Part shown: positions 1 through 8,443 of the stretch, piece after piece | Layout of the letters: each line of letters opens with the position of its first letter | Position numbering within the stretch: position 1 is the first letter of the stretch | Assembly (NCBI RefSeq): GCF_008000775.2 | Contig: NZ_CP042905.2 | Span: 1,860,001-1,892,000 of the forward strand | Direction of reading: 5' to 3' | Source of the DNA: Promethearchaeum syntrophicum | GTDB lineage: Archaea > Asgardarchaeota > Lokiarchaeia > Sigyniarchaeales > Promethearchaeaceae | DNA: 32,000 nucleotides | Program-made: the position numbers and the translations under genes | The notes under the pieces: model-generated | The model's database searches: none | What the model saw: only the letters and a program-made list of their open reading frames with translations | Told to the model about the DNA's origin: nothing

Positions 1-2
1 AA

Positions 3-383
3 ATGGAACTTTATTCCAAAAATTCTAGTGGATCAAATCCATTTCTAATGCAATTAACATTAATTCTCATAATTGAAGAACCATTTGATATCAATTTAGT
101 CCTTCTATTAATTGGAGGATTTACAGTAATAACTTTAGCATTTCTATTCCTTAGAAATAAATTACAAATTTTATCCATATCTAAGACTTTTAAAACTTCA
201 ATTATTGGCTTAGATCCTTTAGGAATACCCTCCTTATTCGATAATAGTGATGATCTTCCAATGATTTCAAAGAGAAATTATCGAAAAATGCAACGATTTA
301 TTGTAAAGGACATTCTTTATTCAAATATTGACATTAACCAAATGGATGATTTAGAATTTTGTAAAACCTTGAAAAAAATTTAA
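3..383 (+). CDS. Hypothetical small membrane protein. The true start may lie upstream of the window.
   Basis: ORF-track ORF with a hydrophobic stretch (LVLLLIGGFTVITLAFLFL). No recognisable motif. Confidence 0.3.
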   Translation: MELYSKNSSGSNPFLMQLTLILIIEEPFDINLVLLLIGGFTVITLAFLFLRNKLQILSISKTFKTSIIGLDPLGIPSLFDNSDDLPMISKRNYRKMQRFIVKDILYSNIDINQMDDLEFCKTLKKI

Positions 384-426
384 TTTAGTTTGTCAATATA
401 CAATATTATATTTCTTCTAATCAATT

Positions 427-1179
427 ATGGGGGATTATTTGTTCCTATTTATTATAACTGAAGATCCAAATATCTTAGAAAATTTAAAACAAGGTTCCGA
501 TGTAAATCAAGAAAAATATGGCCGTTACTTTGATTACATATGTAAACTTTGCCCTCAACGAACACAAAAACATATATATTCAGATCAATTAAAATCTCGG
601 TTGAGAAAAAAGTTTCGAATTGATGATCTAACAGTTAAGGCAATTATTGCATATTTTGTTAATAAAAATGCCCTTATTGTAGCATTTGATGATTCTGTTA
701 GTATTAATCTTTTATCTAATACTACTCGTAAGAAAATACATGATTTAATTGAAGAATATCCAGGAGTTTACTCAAATATTTTTATTAAATTTCTGGGGCT
801 TGGCTCTAGACAAGTATTATGGCATATTTCCTTTCTATTGGAGTTTAATATAATTGAATATCTGAGTTTTGGAAAAATCAAAGCCTATGGTCTAATAGAA
901 ATAGATAAGAAACTAATTATGATTGGATATGTAATATTAAAGGATTCACTTCGAGAATTGTTAAAATGCCTTTTAGATCATCCAAATGGATCATATCTAG
1001 GTGAAATTTCGGAATTATTAGGAAAACCGAAAAATTCGACTCTTTATACTTTGAACAAATTAAAACAACTGAAAATTCTTATTCTATCACAGGATAATAA
1101 GAAAAAATATTCAGTAGATAGGAAATATATACAAATAATGAACCAAACTTTAGAAAGACATAAAAAAAAATTTCCGTAA
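427..1179 (+). CDS. Putative DNA-binding protein with two winged-helix-like segments
   Basis: 250-aa ORF. The C-terminal segment LGEISELLGKPKNSTLYTLNKLKQLKIL resembles the recognition region of ArsR/MarR/TrmB-type wHTH proteins. A second similar segment lies mid-protein. Confidence 0.45.
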   Translation: MGDYLFLFIITEDPNILENLKQGSDVNQEKYGRYFDYICKLCPQRTQKHIYSDQLKSRLRKKFRIDDLTVKAIIAYFVNKNALIVAFDDSVSINLLSNTTRKKIHDLIEEYPGVYSNIFIKFLGLGSRQVLWHISFLLEFNIIEYLSFGKIKAYGLIEIDKKLIMIGYVILKDSLRELLKCLLDHPNGSYLGEISELLGKPKNSTLYTLNKLKQLKILILSQDNKKKYSVDRKYIQIMNQTLERHKKKFP

Positions 1180-1567
1180 TTCTAGGCTTTATTCAATTAA
1201 TCTAGAGCATTTTTTTTCTTTTTACTTAATAACATATCCAAAATTATATTTATCTTTATTTATTTTTAATTCTGAACGAATTTCGATTTAATTTATAAAT
1301 ATTAGGATAAAAAATCATATTTCCCAGAATATCACTTTTTATCACTTAATATCGTCCTTCGTAGTGAAATAGTTAAATTAGTCAATATTCAAAAAAAAAA
1401 CCACACCTCTTTATTACATTTTTTTCCTATTTTTTGTTTAAGATGATTTTTTGTAAGAAAAATGGTCTAACATCAAAGAAATGATCATATTTGATGATTT
1501 TTTAAAAAAATGAAAAAAAATACAAAATTGTTGAAATTTTGTATCAATAAATATAGGTTAGAAAAAA

Positions 1568-3997
1568 ATGAAAACTAAACAATTAAAAAACTTTGGAATT
1601 GCAGTTATTATGATTGCTGTAGTGTTGGGGAGCTTACCAACTCAAGTACTCGCAGGTGTGCCCGGTGATCCTGATGATGATATACCATACGTTTACAGCC
1701 CTTCCATAACAGCGCGGCCAGCAAATGTTATTTATCAGAGAGCAGATCAAGGACAAACTCTATATTGGAAAGCTTATGTTGCAGGTAGTAATAGTCTTAC
1801 GTCTTCTAAACTGCAACGTGATACCACTGGGGGCTCAAGTTATAGCAATTATCTATCTAGAGGCAATTGGGCTGATGGGGTAAATATTGGATATTCTGTT
1901 TCAACTCCAAATATGGTTCCAGGAGCACCTATATGGACTTATAACTATCGATTTTATGCATATAACTCCTACAAGTATGCCTATGATTATGTGACTGTCA
2001 AATATTATTTACCATACTCGGATACTGATGGTGATGGATTAACGGATGGAGAAGAAATTAACACCTACAATACAAATCCTCAAGATGCTGATTCAGATAA
2101 TGATGGATACAATGATCATTTTGAAGCTTTTCTCCAATCTGATCCAAATGATGCGAATAGTCTACCACGTCTCAATGCTCCTTCAATTACAAATAGACCT
2201 GCAAATACTATTTACTGTGAAAATGGACATTCTAAATCATTGACATGGAAAGCAATCGTTAGCGGTCCAAATGATTATACTTCATCATATCTCGATGTCT
2301 ATGATAGTAGTGAAGGAGATTGGGATCGAATTTCGCAAAAGGGGGTATGGCAAGATAGTTCTTCGATTTCTTATGGTATCACTCCACCAAGTATCTCTAC
2401 ATCTTCTTCTCCTGTTAAATTTCAATATAGACTAAGAGTATGGAGCACGTCAAAATCGGCAACTGATTATATTGATGTTTTTGTATATAATTACAACGTA
2501 GATACTGATGGCGATGGATTGACTGATGGGGAAGAAATTAATAGCGGGAATGATGGGTATATAACGAAATATAATAATCCAGACAGCGACTATGATACTT
2601 ACCCAGATAACATCGAAATTGAATTTGGATCGAATCCAATTTCATCTTCAAGTACTCCCAATATCCAAACTCCATTATTCTTTGATAGACCCAGTGATGT
2701 GTTTTACTATGATTTAGCAAGTGCTAGTTCTTTTCAATTAGATTGGGTTATGCAAATACTTTCAGGGACTAATGATTATACTTCTTCTCAATTGCAACGA
2801 TATTATTGGAATGGAGCTGAATTTGTGTTTGATATTGAATTTATAGGGGGTGGATGGCCTGATGTTGAACCGACCATCTCTTTTGATATAGTTAAGCCAA
2901 GTATCCCATCAGATAGTGTTACTCAATGTTATAAGTACAATATGACTGCATGGAATTATGACCAATCAAATTCGGATGAATTTCTTGTGTATTATTATAA
3001 TTATAATGTAGATTCAGACGGAGATGGTTTGAATGATTTCTCTGAAATTAACACTTTTGGCACAGACCCTTTAAATAAAGATTCTGATGACGATTTAGTA
3101 AATGATCTACATGAACTTGCTTATGGTTCAGATCCTTTAGATTCAAATAATAATCTTACAAGATTTTTGCCTACAGAACCATCTCAATCATATTATACTC
3201 CCGATGATCCATCTATACAAGGCAAAATATTTACAGAGCCTATAGTTTTTAATGAAGAAGCAACCTCATGGTGGAATGATGACATGTTAGGAGGTTTTCA
3301 AGTAGGATTTTCAGATGCTGATTTTTCAGAAGATGGAAAAATTTTGCATGAAACTGGAAATCTTTTTGTGGATTTAGAAGTGGAAATTAATCCAGATAAA
3401 GATTTGGATACTTATGATAAACAAAGTTATAATGTAATTGATTCTCTTACTCTATATATGTCTGTTCTTAAAAATGATGATGAATTTCTCTCATTTGAAC
3501 AAATATGTCAAACTTTATCAGGAAATCCTAATCCTAAATTCTCAATAGAAAATGATGAACCAACTCTTTTGGAAAGAATTTCATTTACATTATTATTAGG
3601 AAGTCTAAATTTATTATTCGGTAAAGCTTTTCCGAAATGGAGTTGGATTGAACTTGGGCTTGACTGTGTAGCAGAAGCAGTTCCTGATGGTGAATCAGAT
3701 ATACTTTCATTTAATGATTTAGGAAGTTGTTCTTCGATAACTTATGATTTTTCTGATACAACGAACTTAGGTGAAAGAAGAGATATATATGGTATAAAGA
3801 TGTGTGTAGATTTACTTCATCAGTTTAATTCATTAACATCTATTGCACAAAATGGTGATGTATTTAACTATTTTATGAGGATGGAAGTCGGTATGAAAAA
3901 TTATGAAAAGGAAAATGTTCCTACTGCTTTTTGGGAAAAAAATGGGCCTCTTAGATATAATTATTATGATAATTTTCAATTTATCTATGAAAACTAA
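1568..3997 (+). CDS. Secreted repeat protein with three ~160-aa modules separated by Asp-rich, thrombospondin-type-3-like calcium-binding repeats, plus a unique ~280-aa C-terminal domain
   Basis: N-terminal signal/TM segment (FGIAVIMIAVVLGSLPTQVLA). DTDGDGLTDGEEIN occurs twice and DSDGDGLNDFSEIN once. Each module begins with a PSIT-RPAN-like segment. The nucleotide-level repeats start at ~2021, ~2501 and ~3011. Confidence 0.7.
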   Translation: MKTKQLKNFGIAVIMIAVVLGSLPTQVLAGVPGDPDDDIPYVYSPSITARPANVIYQRADQGQTLYWKAYVAGSNSLTSSKLQRDTTGGSSYSNYLSRGNWADGVNIGYSVSTPNMVPGAPIWTYNYRFYAYNSYKYAYDYVTVKYYLPYSDTDGDGLTDGEEINTYNTNPQDADSDNDGYNDHFEAFLQSDPNDANSLPRLNAPSITNRPANTIYCENGHSKSLTWKAIVSGPNDYTSSYLDVYDSSEGDWDRISQKGVWQDSSSISYGITPPSISTSSSPVKFQYRLRVWSTSKSATDYIDVFVYNYNVDTDGDGLTDGEEINSGNDGYITKYNNPDSDYDTYPDNIEIEFGSNPISSSSTPNIQTPLFFDRPSDVFYYDLASASSFQLDWVMQILSGTNDYTSSQLQRYYWNGAEFVFDIEFIGGGWPDVEPTISFDIVKPSIPSDSVTQCYKYNMTAWNYDQSNSDEFLVYYYNYNVDSDGDGLNDFSEINTFGTDPLNKDSDDDLVNDLHELAYGSDPLDSNNNLTRFLPTEPSQSYYTPDDPSIQGKIFTEPIVFNEEATSWWNDDMLGGFQVGFSDADFSEDGKILHETGNLFVDLEVEINPDKDLDTYDKQSYNVIDSLTLYMSVLKNDDEFLSFEQICQTLSGNPNPKFSIENDEPTLLERISFTLLLGSLNLLFGKAFPKWSWIELGLDCVAEAVPDGESDILSFNDLGSCSSITYDFSDTTNLGERRDIYGIKMCVDLLHQFNSLTSIAQNGDVFNYFMRMEVGMKNYEKENVPTAFWEKNGPLRYNYYDNFQFIYEN

Positions 3998-4037
3998 GAA
4001 AATTTCCACGATTACATAAAAAAAATATGTGTAGATT

Positions 4038-4068
4038 GAAATGAGGTTCTCATTTCATTTTTTTTTTT
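4038..4068 (+). terminator. Hairpin followed by a T11 run, a likely terminator of the 809-aa gene
   Basis: GAAATGAG-gtt-CTCATTTC is a perfect 8-bp stem, followed by a, then 11 T residues, about 40 nt after the stop codon. Confidence 0.5.
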
Positions 4069-4185
4069 CATTTTTATTTTAAAAAAATTTTCAATAATTT
4101 AACCTATTCACCAAAAAAATCGAAACAAAAAAAATATATAAATTATTCTTGTCTATTTTCACTGAATAATCTCTTTTTCAAAATT

Positions 4186-4255
4186 TATGGCTTCACATCC
4201 TTGCAGGACTCATCTTTCTCGCTCAAAGTTGTGCAGATATCTAATTAAAGCCATA
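4186..4255. repeat. Distal copy (A) of a GC-rich structured repeat shared with 5108-5186
   Basis: 4187-4230 matches 5113-5156 at 41 of 44 positions, in direct orientation. A flanking 8-bp closing helix pairs 4186-4193 (tatggctt) with 4248-4255 (aagccata). Confidence 0.6.
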
Positions 4256-4378
4256 TGAGAATTCTGATGAAAGAATAGAAATTTATTAGTTTTTATTTGG
4301 TCCATAGTAGAATTTTTTAATTAAAATAAAATTAGAGAGTTTTTTTTAATTTGATTTCTATTGTTAATTTAGATAATA

Positions 4379-4618
4379 ATGACTCAAATTTCGATGGATA
4401 AAGATCTGGCAATGGATTTGATTGAATCTAAACTAAGAAACATTAAGAAACAAATCTTAGAGATATTAGGAAAATGGAATCAACCTTCTGCAGAAATTAT
4501 GATTCAATTATCTCGAGATGGGAAACTACCAGAATCTGAAATTGATGCTATTGGATTAACTAATCTTCAAAAAAAAATGTATGAATTAGAGAAATATCAA
4601 CGAAGTTTGGAGGATTAG
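4379..4618 (+). CDS. Small helical protein, a putative partner (antitoxin-like) of the downstream TumE/DUF6516-like gene
   Basis: 79-aa ORF ending 41 nt before the next ORF. The assignment rests on position only. Confidence 0.35.
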   Translation: MTQISMDKDLAMDLIESKLRNIKKQILEILGKWNQPSAEIMIQLSRDGKLPESEIDAIGLTNLQKKMYELEKYQRSLED

Positions 4619-4659
4619 AGATTTCCGCTCGTAAAAAACTTATATATGCTCAAAATGAA

Positions 4660-5001
4660 TTGTATTCAAATCTTTCAGAATCAATCCTATCTTTTTCTTA
4701 TATTCCTGAGCAAAATCAATTAAGATTTGACCTTAGAAATGGTTCACGTTTATACATCGTATATAATGATTTTGAGGAATATGCTTATCAGTATAATTTC
4801 TCAGATGATCCATTAGATCGTGTTAGATTTGATGCAATGGACAAGAAGTGGGTTGTTCCAACCCCTCCCCATCATTTTCATCCTCGATTTAACAAAAATG
4901 GGTTCCTTAGTCCAATGAACGGAAATCCTTCACATGATATCCCAATTTTAATTAAAATGCTAAAATCTCATGAATTGGAGGACAAAAACTTACAATTCTA
5001 A
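4660..5001 (+). CDS. TumE/DUF6516-like toxin-antitoxin family protein (start codon uncertain; TTG at 4660)
   Basis: The pattern YAYQYNF...RVRFDAMDKKWVVPTPPHHFHP resembles, from memory, the Y-Y...R-DN-pHH...PHHKH signature of the TumE/DUF6516 family. Confidence 0.5.
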   Translation: MYSNLSESILSFSYIPEQNQLRFDLRNGSRLYIVYNDFEEYAYQYNFSDDPLDRVRFDAMDKKWVVPTPPHHFHPRFNKNGFLSPMNGNPSHDIPILIKMLKSHELEDKNLQF

Positions 5002-5059
5002 GAAAAATTGAAACATCCTATCAATTTTATTATAGTTCACTATAAAAATTTTAACAAAG

Positions 5060-5067
5060 AAAAAAAA
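5060..5067. terminator. A8/T8 tract between convergent genes, a possible bidirectional oligo-T terminator
   Basis: The tract reads T8 on the minus strand, about 130 nt after the mvhD stop and downstream of the structured 3' UTR element. Archaeal termination commonly uses oligo-T runs. Confidence 0.35.
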
Positions 5068-5107
5068 TAAAATTTATATTTCTCAATTCCGATTAACTCT
5101 ATTTCCA

Positions 5108-5186
5108 AATATATGGGTTCTCATCCTTGCAGGACTCATCCTTCTCGCTCAAAGTTTGTAGCTCAAATTCATCTGTACCATATATT
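5108..5186 (-). promoter_or_regulatory. Structured 3' UTR element of the hdrA-mvhD operon, a candidate SECIS (proximal copy B of the repeat)
   Basis: The element starts 12 nt after the mvhD stop. A 9-bp closing helix pairs 5108-5116 (aatatatgg) with 5178-5186 (ccatatatt). On the minus strand an AUGA (5172-5169) lies on the 5' side and GAGA (5122-5119) on the 3' side. The core is GC-rich in an AT-rich intergenic region. Confidence 0.45.
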
Positions 5187-5197
5187 GTATTCTCATA

Positions 5198-5695
5198 TCA
5201 TTTTCCTTTTACGGATTTTTCCTTTGCTTTCGCTGCTTTCTTTGCTGCGGCTTTCGCTGCAGCATCTTGCTGATACAACCGAATTTTTGAAGGTCCAAGT
5301 TTCCGAATAGTCTGATCCATTTTCGTCGTTAACTGTCTGAACCGTTCACCCTCGGCAGCTGAAAAGAACATCATCTGAATGCGCTCGCGTTCTTCTTTTC
5401 CAACCATGGTTTCCAGAATATCTTGAATGTAGAAAACCAGGTTCCTGGCATATAAATTACCTTGAACGTAGTCGCACTCTCCGACATGTCAGCCACCGAT
5501 GATTACTCCGTCAGCACCTTTATTAAAAGCACGCATTATCATATCGGAAGAAACCCGCGCTGTGCACATAACTCGAACTGGACGAATGCTGGTAGGATAC
5601 TGCGCCCGGATTGTTCCGGCCATATCACATGCCCCGTAACCTCATTTCCAGCACAGAAAAGCGATGATTCGTGGTTCGAAATTTTCATCTGTCAT
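5198..5695 (-). CDS. mvhD: MvhD/VhuD-type hydrogenase delta-subunit-like iron-sulfur protein carrying two in-frame TGA (selenocysteine) codons
   Basis: ATG at 5695 is in frame with track ORF 5198..5407. My translation is MTDENFEPRIIAFLCWK[TGA]GYGACDMAG...RVMCTARV...GADGVIIGG[TGA]HVGECDYVQGN. The TGA codons at 5644-5642 and 5491-5489 fall where the family has Cys (CNWC and GCH). Confidence 0.85.
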
Positions 5696-5706
5696 GTTTT
5701 TTCGCC

Positions 5707-7692
5707 TTATGATTCTGTTTCTTCAACAAATAGTGCGTCTTCCAATATGCCGTCTATTAAATCGAAGTATTGCTCATCACGATAATATCGTAATGTAATC
5801 GCTTCGCTCGGACAGACAGCAACGCATAGTCCACAACCCCTGCATAAAATATCATCAACAATTGCGCCTTTTTCTTGAGTAATTCTAATCGCGCCATATG
5901 GGCAACTTTTTTCACACATTCCGCATCTTGCACACTTATTCGGATCGGAAATAGCTCGGATGAGTTTTATCCGGTATTCGCCATTCGAAAGAAGCTTTAC
6001 AATCGAGGATGAAGCGCCTTTGGCTTGCATAATTGTTTCGGATATCGCTTTAGGGGCATGGCATGCGCCTGCTAACGAAATTCCTGGGACATCTGTATCA
6101 ACTGTGTTTAATCGCTGGTGGAACTCTTTAAGGAATCCGCTGGGATGTTTTGAAATATTAAGAGTTTTATTAAGTTTATCAAATGTGCGTGAGGGCATCA
6201 TAGCCGCCGATAAAACAACCATATCAAATGTATATTCTTTGATTGTTTTATCTGGACTTAGAGTGTCTTCAAGTACTACTTTTAGGCTCTTAGTTTTCGG
6301 ATCTTCTCTGATACGGCCTACTTTTGAACGAATATATTTTACACCTTCTCGACGTGAGGCGGTGTAATATTCTTCATAACCTTTTCCTGCTGCACGAATA
6401 TCAATATACGCAACCATTACTTGAAGCGATGGGTCGTGTGATTTTACTAGTTTAGAATTTTTTATACTAATCATACAACACACACCACTTGAGCAATATT
6501 CGTTTCTATTGATATCCCTTGACCCGACACATTGCACGAATAGAATGCTTTTTGGTGTTTTTGCATCAGATGGTCGGACGAGATGTCCAACAACAGGACC
6601 GTTAGGTGCAATCATCCGTTCTAAGGTTAATTGGGTTATGACATTTTCATATTGATCATATCCCAAATAGCCGTATTCAGGTTCGTATTCATCCCAACCT
6701 GTAGCTATGATAATACCTCCAACTTTGACTGAGAACTTCGTATCTTTTTGTTCATAATCAACCGCTTTAAGCTCGCAAACATTGGCACAATTTCCACAAA
6801 GAATACAATGGTCCATGTCAATTTGAGCAACCATCGGAACTGCTTGAGCGAATGAATAGTAGATAGCTCTGCGGGGTCCAAGTCCCATATCGAATTCACT
6901 TGGGACTATTGCAGGACACACGTCAAAACATGCTCCACATCCATTACAATCATTTTTTGTATATCGGGCTTTTTGTAAAATCTCCACTTCGAAGTTTCCA
7001 ACATAACCACTTATTTTTGTTACTTCGGAGAGGGTAAATAACTCGATATTTTCATTCCGTTGAGTTTCTAACATGACAGGACCTAAGATTCAGATACTAC
7101 AATCGTCTGTGGGGAATGTTCGGTCAAGCATTGACATTTTACCACCAATCGTAGGCTTTTGCTCTACTAAGTACACTTTGTGTCCTTGGTTTGCTAAGTC
7201 TAGGGCTGATTGTAAACCTCCTACTCCTCCACCGATAACTAGTACTGCATCTGTTACCGGGACGACTCTTTCGGGTACCATTTCGAGTTTAGCTGCTCGC
7301 GCAACACCTGCTCGAATTTGTTCTTTTGCCATATCTAAGGCTTTCGGTTGTTCTTTCTGATGAACAAAGCTTACATGTTCTCTGATGTTGACGAACTCCA
7401 GGTATGATGGATCCATTCCACAGTCCGTTAAAACTGCCTGAAAGACTGGTTCATGGGTTTTGGGAGTTCAAGCCGCGATAACTACACGGTTTAGATCATT
7501 ATCCTTAATATATTTTTTAAGGAAATCAGCACCTGATGTAGTTCAAAGAGAGATATTCTTGTCAGCTATTATTACATTTGGTAAAGTCTTGCTAAACCTT
7601 ACCAATTCGTCCATATCAAGAACGCCAGCTATATTAACACCGCATGAGCAAGGAAAAACCCCAATTCTAACTTCTTCGGGATTATCGCTCAT
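5707..7692 (-). CDS. hdrA: Heterodisulfide reductase subunit A (HdrA), 661 codons, with three in-frame TGA (selenocysteine) codons
   Basis: ATG at 7692 is in frame with track ORFs 7090..7416 and 5707..7074. The TGA codons lie at 7545-7543, 7470-7468 and 7092-7090. Motifs present: GVFPCSCG, the FAD-binding VLVIGGGVGGLQSAL, FPTDDCSI[TGA]ILGP, and four CxxCxxCxxxCP ferredoxin motifs. Confidence 0.9.
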
Positions 7693-8443
7693 TGTCAATT
7701 TATACCGTGTTAGTTCTTAAATATTGAAAGAATACTACTGAATTCTTTTTCATCCATCATCGGAATTACTCCCTAATTTTTCCATTGTTAGAGAGACCTC
7801 ACTCCAAATCATCGGATAATATTTGAGTTTACCAATCTTTTTTTCTATAATAACGCAACTTAAACTTAAGTTTTGTTATTACCTATGTTAATGTGAGAAT
7901 AAATCCACAATGATACATTTCATTCATATTCTGTAAAATAGTGCATTTTTTCCACAAAAGCATAAAGTTTTGATAAACTTTCAATGAAAAATATAATGAA
8001 AAAAAGTTTAATTATCTTTACACTAGAAAAAATAATAACAAGTGTGAAAAAAATTAAATAATTAATTTGAGATTCAATAACAATTCTCTTACATGTTTTT
8101 TAGTCGATTTGAAGATTATATTTTCTTGATAATTAATTAGAAATCTATTATATATGCCATGAATTTTATCGGTAGAAGTGTTAAGAAGGAAATACAAGAT
8201 TTGTTATGTATTAACATCATTATTAAAAACCAAAACTTTTAGAAATTGGTTTATGTATAATGTATATTCAAAATATAGAAGAAATAAAGAAATAAATCAT
8301 TTTTAGTGTGAAGCATATAAAATTAACTATTACTTACTGGATTTGATAGAAATGTACCATATGATTTTATAAAAAACATAATTATGTTTTAATCATCAAA
8401 AATTTCGATTTTTGATTAAAGTAAAAAAAAAATGTGAAATGAA

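Noticed and set aside
5117-5145. A box C/D sRNA or generic L7Ae K-turn RNA, suggested by the duplicated AAGGAUGAG on the minus strand
   Set aside because: The motif is GAUGAG, not RUGAUGA. No CUGA box D or D' is present at the proper spacing, and no terminal stem typical of C/D sRNAs is present.
4187-5162. A conserved mini-ORF on the plus strand of the repeat (MASHPCRTHLSRSK... / MGSHPCRTHPSRSK...)
   Set aside because: Similarity ends after 14 codons at an indel that shifts the frame. Copy B would be antisense to mvhD. The conservation is better explained at the nucleotide or structure level.
5198-7692. Interpreting hdrA and mvhD as pseudogenes broken by nonsense mutations
   Set aside because: All five interruptions are TGA and never TAA or TAG. 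None shifts the frame. Each falls on a conserved Cys position of the family, including the HdrA site known to be Sec in Methanococcus. Five independent nonsense mutations would not be expected to be confined to Cys codons.
5113-7720. Plus-strand track ORFs 5113..5310, 5462..5785, 5960..6367, 7073..7360 and 7460..7720, and minus-strand ORF 6705..6899
   Set aside because: All lie antisense to, or out of frame within, the hdrA-mvhD coding region. That region has strong family motifs in a single minus-strand frame. These ORFs are shadow ORFs made prominent because the real genes are split by TGA codons.
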